This document shows, piece by piece, positions 8,296-17,073 of a stretch of DNA of 64,000 bases (the first letter of the stretch is position 1; every line of letters begins with the position of its first letter). The translations under genes and the position numbers were made by a program. This DNA is from an uncultured Verrucomicrobiota bacterium. GTDB lineage: Bacteria > Verrucomicrobiota > Verrucomicrobiia > Opitutales > Opitutaceae. A model generated the notes under the pieces. That model made no database searches. It saw only the letters and a list, made by a program, of their open reading frames with translations, and had not been told where the DNA came from. Location of the stretch: the NCBI GenBank assembly GCA_903960515.1, contig CAJCBL010000023.1, positions 7,909-71,908 of the forward strand. The letters run 5' to 3'.

Positions 8296-10782
8296 TTGCG
8301 GGGGGTGGCAACTTCAGATCCAGCAACGGCAGCCTATACGATTCGCGCAAGACTTGCCTCCCTCGAGGTCGAGCGGCTGCGGCTGGAAGATGAGCTTCGT
8401 GCGCTGGAGGATGCCCGGCGAGGGCTGCTGCCCTTGTCGCCAGAATCCTCGGCCTCGGGAGTCCTTCAACCCGCCGAGAAGGTAGCCCTCTTTCTCTCGC
8501 TGTTCGGCGCCCGCCGCTCGGTGTATCCCAAGCTATGGGAGAACCCGAAGGCCGGGAAGAAGGGGTACTCACCGGCCTGCGAGAACGAGTGGCGGCGCGG
8601 CGTCTGCGCGAAGCCGAAGGTGAAATGCTCCGAATGCCGTCACCAGAAGTTTCCGCCGCTTGATGCGAGCGCAGTCGAGGCCCACCTGCGAGGCGCGCAC
8701 ACAGTAGGCACCTACGCGATACGAGAGGACGACTCCTGCATCTTCCTCGCCGCCGACTTCGACGAAGATGGCTGGTGGGAGGAGGCGCAGGCCTATGGGC
8801 AGGTGGCGGCCAACGCGCTGGTTCCCGTAGCACTTGAGCGTTCGCGCTCTGGCAACGGCGCCCACGCGTGGACCTTCTTTGCCGAGCCGGTGCCGGCCGT
8901 GCTCGCCCGCCGCCTCGCCACCATCCTGCTGGCCAAGACCTCCGCGGCGCGACCGTCGATGAGCCTGCGTGCGTACGACCGGCTGTTCCCCAATCAGGAC
9001 ACGATGCCGGCAGGGGGCTTCGGCAACCTCATCGCGCTCCCGCTGGCCAAGGTACCGCGGCAGCAAGGCAACACCGTATTCATAGACGAGCAACGCCGGC
9101 CCTACGCCGACCAATGGGCGTATCTCGCCTCGCTCCGCCGCCTGCCCCGCGACGAACTCGACCGACTGCTGGAGCGGCTCGCCCCTCCCGCCCCCATCAG
9201 CACACCAGCGGCGGACGCGGGCGCCGCCTTCTCGCTGGAGAGCGACGAACGAGCGCTCGACCTGTCGTGCCCTAAAATCCCCACCTCAGCGATCCAAGGA
9301 GAGGTGACACTGCGGCTCGATGCCGCCGTCCACATCCCGCGCACGACCCTGCCCCCGGCGCTCCTCGCAAACCTCAAACGCCTGGCGACCTTCGCCAACC
9401 CTGTATTCTACGAGAAGCAGCGGCTGCGTTTCCCAACCTACGATACGCCCCGATTCCTCTTCGCCGGGGAATGGCACCCGGACCGCCTCGTACTGCCGCG
9501 CGGCGTCCTGGAGGAGGCGCAACGCCTCATCGAGGACGCCGGTGCAACCGTGATAATCCATGACTCCCGCCCCGTAGCCCGGCGCATCCGATGGACCTTC
9601 AGCGGCCAACTGCGGCCGGAACAGGAGCTCGCGGTGCGGGAGATGATGAAGCACGAGCGCGGAGTGCTCGCCGCTCCGCCCGGCGCGGGGAAGACAGTCA
9701 TGGGCTGCGCCCTGATCGCCCGGCACCGCACCGCCACGCTGGTCCTGGTGCACCGCGCGGTGCTCCTCGACCAGTGGCGCCAGGAGGCGACAAGTCTCCT
9801 CGGTCTCAAAAAGAAGGATATCGGCGTCTGGCGCGGAAAGACCACCACACGCACCGGCCGCCTGGATATCGCGATGCTGCCCAGCCTCGCCCGCCACGAG
9901 AACCCTGCTGAGGTTTTCGCCCAATACGGGTTGGTCATCGTGGACGAGTGCCACCACGTGCCCGCGGTTTCGTTCGAGGCCTTGCTGAAGGCCTGCACCT
10001 GCCGGCACATCGTGGGCCTCACCGCCACGCCCCAGCGCAAGGACGGGCTGGAGCGCTTGATGCACCTGCAGTGCGGCCCTCTCCGGCACAGCCTCGCCGA
10101 GACGAGGGAAGAAGCGGTACCGCGAGTCGTATTCGTCCGGAAGAGCTCGTTTCAAGTGGAGCCCAATCTGGGTCCGAAGCCTCCGCTCCATGAGGTCTGG
10201 CAGGCCTTGGTCGAGGACCCCGGACGCACAGAGCAGATCGCCTCCGATATCTGGAGCAGCATGAGCGAAGGGCGCAGCCCGCTGGTGCTCTCGGACCGCA
10301 AAGCCCACTTGGAAAAGATCGAAGCAGCGGTCGGCCGGCTACGAGGGGCAGCCGAGGTGTCCGTATTCCGGTTTTCGAGCAGCGATGGGGTGAAACGCCG
10401 GCGCGAAATCCGAGCGGAGCTCGAGGCTCGCGCAGCCGAGGGCAGCCGCTTCGTAATCTTCGCCACGGCCGCGTTGGTCGGAGAGGGCTTCGACCTGCCC
10501 CGGCTCGACACCCTGTTTCTCGCCATGCCGCTCTCGTTCAAGGGTCGGCTAATCCAATACGCCGGCAGGCTGCACCGAGCCCATGCCGACAAAACGGAGA
10601 TCCGAGTCTACGACTACCTCGACGAGAACCACCCCATCACCCTCGCGATGTTCCGCCGCCGCGCCGCGGCCTACCGGCAGATGGGGTACCGGTTTGCCAT
10701 CGACGAGAGCATCGGCGGCGCCGCGCTCCGCGGGCAGCAAGGTCTTTTCGAGGACAGCGTCTCCGCTCCGGATAGACACTAG
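8296..10782 (+). CDS. archaeo-eukaryotic primase (AEP/Prim-Pol)-like domain fused to an SF2 DExH helicase
   Basis: There is no ATG near the 5' end; the start is TTG 8296 or GTG 8305. Motifs: coiled coil aa 20-45; Cys cluster C-x8-C-x6-C-x2-C-x-H aa 94-116; FLAADFD aa 150-156; SRSGNGAHAW aa 183-192. Helicase motifs: PPGAGKT aa 461-467, VDECHH aa 549-554, GLTATP aa 574-579 and QYAGRLHR aa 754-761. Confidence 0.8.
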   Translation: MRGVATSDPATAAYTIRARLASLEVERLRLEDELRALEDARRGLLPLSPESSASGVLQPAEKVALFLSLFGARRSVYPKLWENPKAGKKGYSPACENEWRRGVCAKPKVKCSECRHQKFPPLDASAVEAHLRGAHTVGTYAIREDDSCIFLAADFDEDGWWEEAQAYGQVAANALVPVALERSRSGNGAHAWTFFAEPVPAVLARRLATILLAKTSAARPSMSLRAYDRLFPNQDTMPAGGFGNLIALPLAKVPRQQGNTVFIDEQRRPYADQWAYLASLRRLPRDELDRLLERLAPPAPISTPAADAGAAFSLESDERALDLSCPKIPTSAIQGEVTLRLDAAVHIPRTTLPPALLANLKRLATFANPVFYEKQRLRFPTYDTPRFLFAGEWHPDRLVLPRGVLEEAQRLIEDAGATVIIHDSRPVARRIRWTFSGQLRPEQELAVREMMKHERGVLAAPPGAGKTVMGCALIARHRTATLVLVHRAVLLDQWRQEATSLLGLKKKDIGVWRGKTTTRTGRLDIAMLPSLARHENPAEVFAQYGLVIVDECHHVPAVSFEALLKACTCRHIVGLTATPQRKDGLERLMHLQCGPLRHSLAETREEAVPRVVFVRKSSFQVEPNLGPKPPLHEVWQALVEDPGRTEQIASDIWSSMSEGRSPLVLSDRKAHLEKIEAAVGRLRGAAEVSVFRFSSSDGVKRRREIRAELEARAAEGSRFVIFATAALVGEGFDLPRLDTLFLAMPLSFKGRLIQYAGRLHRAHADKTEIRVYDYLDENHPITLAMFRRRAAAYRQMGYRFAIDESIGGAALRGQQGLFEDSVSAPDRH

Positions 10783-10799
10783 GGCCGCCGGCAACAACG

Positions 10800-10920
10800 C
10801 AGTCGTAGCCATGCAATCGTGCTGCTTTGCGTCTCCCACAGTGCACAAACTTGTCCGCCGTAGGAGCGTGCTCGCGCGCGATCTGCGCTCTGAATCGCGT
10901 GCAAGCACGCTCCTACGGCT
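10800..10920 (+). repeat. composite palindromic element, copy 4, forward (best copy)
   Basis: 25-nt arms CCGTAGGAGCGTGCTCGCGCGCGAT (10858-10882) and ATCGCGTGCAAGCACGCTCCTACGG (10894-10918) with 2 mismatches, loop CTGCGCTCTGA. The TCGTAGCCATGCAATC module at 10803-10818 faces the upstream gene. Confidence 0.9.
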
Positions 10921-11343
10921 CTCAAGAAACAACTGTCTCTTCCCGTCCGGGGCAAAACCCGTTTTGCGGTGGAGGCCGGATGGTAACGGCTCTGTCGCGC
11001 GGCCGCCAAAGGGCTCATCCCCCAGTTGCACCGCCATCCACGCCGACTCCCGCCTCGGCGGCGCGCACATGCCCTCCCCCACGCTCGGATATGTCCCCAA
11101 AACCGGCACCCACGACGAGCATGTGAACGAACCGCAGGGGGGAGCTAGGGCGCGAAACCCGGAAAAGTTTCCCTCCCGCCACAATTGCGGCTTCCATTGC
11201 TCCACTGTGCACCCCACAGTTTGAGAGCCCGTCGACTGATCGCGGTTCAATCCTCCACGCCCCTCACGCGTGACGGGGCTGGACTTCGCCCGGCAGTCGG
11301 GCACGTTCCGCCGCCCATGACGGCGGTACACCGATAGCCCACC

Positions 11344-12780
11344 ATGTCCCAACCTCTCATCATCCAAGGCGGCATGGGCGTCGCCGTTTCCAACTGGCGG
11401 CTCGCCCGTTCCGTAGCGCAGCTCGGCCAACTCGGTGTCATCTCAGGCACTTTGCTGGCGGTTGTCTTTGCGCGTCGCCTGCAAGCGGGCGACCCCGAGG
11501 GGCACATGGCCGATGCGATGGTCCATTTCCCCCTGCCCACAATCGCAGAGCGGGTACGCGCAAACTACTTTGTTGCGGGCGGCAAACCGGCCGGCGCCCC
11601 GTTCAAGGCCGTGGCAATGCCGGGGGTGAACCTGAGCCAATCCCTCAACGAGCTCACCGTCCTGGCCAACTTCGCCGAGATCCACCTCGCCAAGCAGGGG
11701 CACTCCAATCCGGTCGGTATCAACCTGCTGGAGAAGATTCAGGTCGCCACCCTCGCCTCGCTTTACGGAGCGATGCTCGCCGGGGTTGACTACGTGCTCA
11801 TGGGCGCGGGCATCCCGCGGGAAATTCCCGGAGTGCTTGATCGCTTCGCAGCCGGCGAGGCCGCCGAGATCGGTATCGATGTCCTCGGGGCCGCCGCCGG
11901 CACCAAGACCATCGCACGCTTCGATCCCTCCGTACTTTTCAACGGCCCTGCTCCCAAGCTGCGCCGTCCCCAGTTCCTGGCCATAGTCTCCTCGGCCACT
12001 CTCGCAATCACCCTCGCCAAGAAATCCACCGGCCGGGTGGACGGTTTCATCGTCGAAGGCGACGTGGCCGGCGGGCACAATGCCCCGCCCCGAGGGCAGC
12101 TTCAGCTCAGCGCCATCGGCGAACCCGTCTACGGCCCGCGCGATATCCCCGACCTGCCCAAGATTGCGTCCATCGGCCTGCCCTTCTGGCTGGCCGGCGC
12201 CTACGCCGACCCGGCCAAGATCGCCGAAGCCCGTGCGCTGGGTGCCACCGGAGTGCAGATCGGCACCGCCTTCGCCTTCTGCGAAGAGTCGGCCGTGCGT
12301 CCCGACCTCAAGCGCCAGGTCTGCCGCCTCGCCCTCGCCGGTAAGGCCGGTGTGTATACCGATCCGCTCGCCTCGCCCACCGGGTTCCCCTTCAAGGTGC
12401 TCCAGGTCGAGGGTTCGCTCTCGGCCGAGAACGTCTATGGCGCCCGCCCGCGTGTCTGCGATCTCGGGTACCTCCGCGACCCCTACGCCCGTGCCGACGG
12501 CTCGGTCGGATACCGCTGCGCCGCCGAACCCGCCGAGGACTACGTCCGCAAGCTGGGCGAAGCCCCGGCGCTGGCCGGCCGCAAATGCCTCTGCAACGGC
12601 CTGCTCGCCACCGCTGGCTTGGGCCAAAGCCGCGCCGATGGCACCGTGGAGCCTCCGATCCTCACCGCAGGCAACGACGTGGCCCTACTGGCCCGCTTCA
12701 TACCCGCCGGCGCAGAAAGTTACACGGCAGCCGACGTCATACGTTTCCTCCTCGGCGAGATTCCCCAGGCCACCGCCTGA
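11344..12780 (+). CDS. nitronate monooxygenase / 2-nitropropane dioxygenase family flavoprotein (long form)
   Basis: MSQPLIIQGGMGVAVSNWRLARSVAQLGQLGVISGT is the typical NMO N-terminus. Also present are GFIVEGDVAGGHN and GATGVQIGTAF motifs. Confidence 0.8.
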   Translation: MSQPLIIQGGMGVAVSNWRLARSVAQLGQLGVISGTLLAVVFARRLQAGDPEGHMADAMVHFPLPTIAERVRANYFVAGGKPAGAPFKAVAMPGVNLSQSLNELTVLANFAEIHLAKQGHSNPVGINLLEKIQVATLASLYGAMLAGVDYVLMGAGIPREIPGVLDRFAAGEAAEIGIDVLGAAAGTKTIARFDPSVLFNGPAPKLRRPQFLAIVSSATLAITLAKKSTGRVDGFIVEGDVAGGHNAPPRGQLQLSAIGEPVYGPRDIPDLPKIASIGLPFWLAGAYADPAKIAEARALGATGVQIGTAFAFCEESAVRPDLKRQVCRLALAGKAGVYTDPLASPTGFPFKVLQVEGSLSAENVYGARPRVCDLGYLRDPYARADGSVGYRCAAEPAEDYVRKLGEAPALAGRKCLCNGLLATAGLGQSRADGTVEPPILTAGNDVALLARFIPAGAESYTAADVIRFLLGEIPQATA

Positions 12781-13103
12781 CCTTCCGCTTCCCGGCCCGG
12801 ATCGCCCCGGTAGAGCAAACAGGACATGGGCCGCCTCGCCCTTGAGCGAGCGGCCCACCCATCAAGAGCTCAACCCGCAAGGGTTACCCCGAGCGGCACA
12901 ACAGCCTCTGAGCAACAAGCATCGCGTAGTAGGACACATGCACCAGATCCAGTCCAAGATCGACTGGGACATCGCAGGTGCTGTGGTCACTGGATCAAAG
13001 ATTACGTGAAACCCTGATCGTCCCCGACTGTCAAGATTCCGACAGACTTCGCGCTTCCGTTCCGCCCTGCCGCCGGTAGCGTCGAACAAACTCCACCCCG
13101 CCC

Positions 13104-14138
13104 ATGCCGAAAGCCGTCACCGCCGTCTCCGTCGCAGATTTCTTCGCCAAGTACGGCGAGAAACTGAAGGCCGAGCTCATCGCCGGCAGCGAGGGCGTGC
13201 ATCGGCAGATCCGCGAGCCGAGCATCAACCGGCCGGCCCTCGCCCTCACCGGGTTCTACAAGTATTTCGCCTACAAACGCGTCCAGGTCATCGGTTCCAC
13301 GGAGATGACCTACTTCAAGACCCTCACGCCACTGCGGCAGGCGGAGATGATGCATGCGATGATCGATCGCGGTATCCCCTGTCTGGTGCTCACGCGCAAC
13401 CTGCTGCCGCCCAAGCCCATGCTCACCGTCGCGCGCGAGCGGAAACTGCCGCTCTACCGCACGCCGCTGATCACGATGCATTTCGTCAACATCGCGACCC
13501 TGTGCATCGACGCGGAGTTCGCACGGCAGACCACCGAACACGGCACCGCACTGAGCATTGAGGGCGTGGGCGTCATGATCCGCGGACACAGCGGGGTGGG
13601 CAAGAGCGAGGCCGCCCTGGCCATCATCGAGCGCGGGCACAGCCTGGTGGCCGACGACCTCACCCACCTGCGTGTGCTCGACGAGCGCGAGCTCATCGCC
13701 TCCAGCCTGGCGCTAAACCGCGGGTACATGGAGTGCCGGGGCATCGGCATCATCAACGTGGCCGAGATGTTCGGCGTGCGCAGCGTGCGCCCCGAGGTGC
13801 GGCTCGACATGGTGGTTACACTTCAGGACTGGCGCCCCGACGTGGAGGAGGAGCGCACGGGGTTGGAGGAGAATTTCTACCACATCCTCGGCATCCGGGT
13901 GCCCCACATCGAAATCCATGTTCGGCCCGGCCGCGACATCGCCCGCCTGGTCGAGGTAGCCGCTCTCGTGCAGGCCCTCAAGAAGATGGGCAAGGATCCG
14001 GCCAAGGAATTCAACGAGCGGCTGATCGCCTTCATGAGCAACCAGCATCCGATCACCGGCGACACTGAGGAGGATGAGGAGGACGCGGAGAAGGATCAGG
14101 CAGCCGCCGAGCCCGAGCAGGCCGGCAACGCCACCTGA
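13104..14138 (+). CDS. hprK: HPr kinase/phosphorylase
   Basis: HGTALSIEGVGVMIRGHSGVGKSEAALAIIERGHSLVADD (Walker A) and ECRGIGIINV. The C-terminal tail is unusually acidic (TEEDEEDAEKDQAAAEPEQ). Confidence 0.9.
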   Translation: MPKAVTAVSVADFFAKYGEKLKAELIAGSEGVHRQIREPSINRPALALTGFYKYFAYKRVQVIGSTEMTYFKTLTPLRQAEMMHAMIDRGIPCLVLTRNLLPPKPMLTVARERKLPLYRTPLITMHFVNIATLCIDAEFARQTTEHGTALSIEGVGVMIRGHSGVGKSEAALAIIERGHSLVADDLTHLRVLDERELIASSLALNRGYMECRGIGIINVAEMFGVRSVRPEVRLDMVVTLQDWRPDVEEERTGLEENFYHILGIRVPHIEIHVRPGRDIARLVEVAALVQALKKMGKDPAKEFNERLIAFMSNQHPITGDTEEDEEDAEKDQAAAEPEQAGNAT

Positions 14139-14313
14139 AGCATAGCCCGGGGGCTCCACGGCGCTTCAGTGGAGGCGCGGTGGCAAGGTGCGCCCCCTAC
14201 AGCCTGTTCCCTGTCGGGTCCAAGTTGAGACGAAGGCCGAGTCCGTGCGGGTGCGTGCTTGCACGAGCGGCCTCCTCTCGAGAGCGATTGGGAATCAACT
14301 GCCTGGGTACGGC

Positions 14314-14997
14314 TCAGGCGAACAGCTCCAGCAGGCGCCGGAACAAATCGTTGACCTTCTCCTGGTTCGCTCGCACCAGCGCGGCGAACCCCTCCGGCGA
14401 GAGCACCGTGCCCAGGATACCGTTGGCATAGTTGTCCACCATGCACAGCGAGTTGTAGTTGAGCCCGATCTCGCGGCAAAGGTCCGCCTCGCAGGCGGCC
14501 GTCATGCCCACCACATCGCCCCATTGGCGGAGAATGCGCACCTCCGCACGAGTCTCAAAGCGGGGCCCAGGAGTCTGGACGTACACCTTACCAACAGGAA
14601 GCGGATACGGCAGGGCGGCGGCAATCTTCCCGATGAGGTTGTTGGCGATTTCCGGGCCCAGGGCACGCAGCTCGGTGTCGGAAAACGTGGCCGGTCGAAA
14701 GCTCACGTAGTCGTCGCACGAAACCACGGTGCCGGGCGCAAGCTCCAGCTGTAGCGATCCCACCGAGTTGAGCGCCACGACATCGCGAAACCCCAGGTCG
14801 GCCAGCGCCTGGATATTGGCGCGATGGTTGATCGCGTGGGGCGGCAGGTAGGCGGGGCCATGTCGGTTGAGCAGAAGATGCTCGCCTCGGCTGCGCACGA
14901 TGGCCGTGCCATGACAGGTCCCTACCTCGCGCTCCTGCCAGCCCTCGAAGAGCGAGGAGTGGGCGATGCTGGTCCCGCTGAGGAAGGCGATTTTCAT
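14314..14997 (-). CDS. purine nucleoside / 5'-methylthioadenosine phosphorylase family protein
   Basis: MKIAFLSGTS...LNRHG...PHAINHRANIQALADLGFRDVVALNSVGSL and GPRFETRAEV are PNP/MTAP family motifs. Confidence 0.8.
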   Translation of the reverse strand: MKIAFLSGTSIAHSSLFEGWQEREVGTCHGTAIVRSRGEHLLLNRHGPAYLPPHAINHRANIQALADLGFRDVVALNSVGSLQLELAPGTVVSCDDYVSFRPATFSDTELRALGPEIANNLIGKIAAALPYPLPVGKVYVQTPGPRFETRAEVRILRQWGDVVGMTAACEADLCREIGLNYNSLCMVDNYANGILGTVLSPEGFAALVRANQEKVNDLFRRLLELFA

Positions 14998-15128
14998 GCG
15001 CGCGACGATGCGCCCTACGGCCCGCCCGGCAACGCCAGAGAAGCCGCCTCGATGCCCCGGCAGGAAAAACCGCCAATCGCGCCTCTTGCCAAACGCTGGC
15101 GAATCATGAAAGTCCTCCTTTTTTATTT

Positions 15129-15836
15129 ATGGCGATGAGCCTCGCACGCGCAGTCAGCACTCCTTCCGTCGCCGCCCGGCCACACCGCCCGGCCGCGCGC
15201 TCCACCGCGCCCGCCATCGCCGTGCCCCCGCCGCCGCCAGCGGCCACCGCCACGCCGGCGGAAATAGAGTTCTGGGATTTTCGTTACAGAACCAACCGCA
15301 CCCCGTGGGACGCCGGTCGCGCCCCCACCGGCGTGCTCCAGTGGATCGAGCGCAACCCGCCGCGGCGTCGCCACATTTTGATTCCCGGCTGCGGGCGCGG
15401 CCACGAGATCTTCTCCTTTTCGGGTGCGGGCTGGAACACCACCGCCATCGACGTGAGCCCGGCCGCGATTGAAAAGGTCAAGCGCCGCGCCAACCGTGCG
15501 CTGGCCAAGCAGATCTACTGCGCAGACTTTTTCACCCACCCGTTCAACCCGGCCCAGTTCGACGTGATCTACGAGCGGGCCTTCCTCAACGCCATCGCCC
15601 CCGCCCGCTGGCCCGAGTTCGTTCAACGCGCCGCCTCCCTGCTCAAGCCCGGCGGCCTGCTGCTGGGCTCGATCGTATTCGGAGACTCCGGCAGCGAACC
15701 GCCCCACGGCATGGCCGAGGGTGAGGACCGCAGGCTCTTCGAGCCCGGCTTCGTATTGGTGGAGGAAGCTCCAGTAACCGACTCCGTGGCTCTCTTCGAG
15801 GGCCGCGAACGCTGGCAGGTTTGGCAGAAACGCTGA
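15129..15836 (+). CDS. SAM-dependent methyltransferase, TPMT-like
   Basis: FWDFRY...TPWD, the SAM motif I ILIPGCGRGHE, and AIDVSPAAIE, FDVIYERAFLNAI. The N-terminal ~45 aa are Ala/Pro-rich, so the start is uncertain. Confidence 0.75.
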   Translation: MAMSLARAVSTPSVAARPHRPAARSTAPAIAVPPPPPAATATPAEIEFWDFRYRTNRTPWDAGRAPTGVLQWIERNPPRRRHILIPGCGRGHEIFSFSGAGWNTTAIDVSPAAIEKVKRRANRALAKQIYCADFFTHPFNPAQFDVIYERAFLNAIAPARWPEFVQRAASLLKPGGLLLGSIVFGDSGSEPPHGMAEGEDRRLFEPGFVLVEEAPVTDSVALFEGRERWQVWQKR

Positions 15837-15900
15837 TCCACACACTCCGGCGCAGCCAAAACGCGCTCGCCAACCCCTCCCCGCCCTTCACTTTAGCGCC

Positions 15901-16551
15901 ATGCACTTCGAGCAACTCCAGCCCGGCCTCAACGTCCCCCCAGCCCGCCTCGACGACGACGATGACGACGACGAGTGCGAAGAGAAGGCCGCCAAACAGC
16001 CCGGCCCGATCGCCACGCTCATGCAGCGCAAGTTCCTCAAGCAGCGGAAGATTTTCCTCTGGGGAGCGGTCACCGACGAGACGGCCAAGGACATCACCGA
16101 GAAGCTGCTCTACCTGGAGGCCGTCGGGCCCGGCCAGGAGATCACCTTCTACATGAACACCCCCGGCGGCTCCATCACCGCGGGTATGGCTGTCTACGAT
16201 ACGATGCAGTTGATCACCTCCCCGATCACCGTGGTGGTCACCGGCATGGCCGCCTCGATGGGCTCGATCCTGCTGAGCGCCGTCAAGAAGGGCCGCCGCC
16301 TGATCTTCCCTCACGCCCGGGTGCTCATCCACCAGCCTCTGATCACCGGCCGCATGATCGGGCCGGCCGCCGACATCAATATTCAAGCACGCGAGATGGA
16401 GAAGATCCGCGAGGAGCTCAACCAGATCCTCGCCACCGCCTCCGGCCAGCCGCTCGAGAAGATCACCCGCGATACCGATCGCGACTTCTACCTCAACGCG
16501 CAGGAAGCGATCGACTACGGCCTGGCCGATCGGATCGTCGACAAGCTCTGA
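15901..16551 (+). CDS. clpP: ATP-dependent Clp protease proteolytic subunit
   Basis: YMNTPGGSITAGMAVYDTM, catalytic Ser in GMAASMGS, His in LIHQP, and an Asp region RDTDRDFY. The N-terminal extension carries a D7 run; an alternative start is ATG 16021. Confidence 0.9.
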   Translation: MHFEQLQPGLNVPPARLDDDDDDDECEEKAAKQPGPIATLMQRKFLKQRKIFLWGAVTDETAKDITEKLLYLEAVGPGQEITFYMNTPGGSITAGMAVYDTMQLITSPITVVVTGMAASMGSILLSAVKKGRRLIFPHARVLIHQPLITGRMIGPAADINIQAREMEKIREELNQILATASGQPLEKITRDTDRDFYLNAQEAIDYGLADRIVDKL

Positions 16552-16788
16552 GCGGGAGCGCTTCGAACCGGGCCTGTCCCGCGTCTCCGTTGACTTGCGA
16601 CCGGCCCCATTCCAGGGCCGGCCGATGCACGGCAGCATCGCTTCTTCTCGGCCGCTCAATCCGCTGCGGTCCCTAGGCCAGGCTCCCGGCTCCGGCAGGG
16701 GTATCCGGGAATATTAGCTCCCCTGCGCGGCGACACCCGCTCGGGGCCGCCAGCCTCCCAGTGGCACCCGCAGGCTTCCTCTGCCCGT

Positions 16789-17073
16789 TCACCCCAGCAG
16801 CCACCACGCCCCGCTGAGCAGCAGGGCCAGCAACACCGCCAAGGCGCACACAAACCAGGCCTTCCAGCCGCGCCCCTTGCCGCCGCCAAACTCGCGCTCC
16901 ACCGTGCTCTCGTAGTCTCCACCGGCCTCACCGGGCAGGTCCACCCCGTCGAGATAGGTTTCCTCGTTCCAGCCGGCCCGCGAGTCGGCTCCACAATTGG
17001 GACACGCCGTGGCGCGCGCAGGCACCCACTCGCCGCAGTTGGGGCACTCGCCCGGGGGCACGAAGGCACTCAT
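16789..17073 (-). CDS. zinc-ribbon protein with C-terminal TM anchor
   Basis: Internal ATG at 17073. There are two CxxC pairs (CPNCGEW...CPNCGAD) and a C-terminal hydrophobic helix WFVCALAVLLALLLSGAWWLL. Confidence 0.55.
   Translation of the reverse strand: MSAFVPPGECPNCGEWVPARATACPNCGADSRAGWNEETYLDGVDLPGEAGGDYESTVEREFGGGKGRGWKAWFVCALAVLLALLLSGAWWLLG

Noticed and set aside
11241-11277. tRNA-like T-loop string GGTTCAATCC, followed by a near-palindrome CCCCTCACGCGTGACGGGG.
   Set aside because: The flanking bases cannot form a T-stem or acceptor stem, so there is no cloverleaf. It is probably a chance match, and the palindrome may be a minor operator upstream of the NMO gene.
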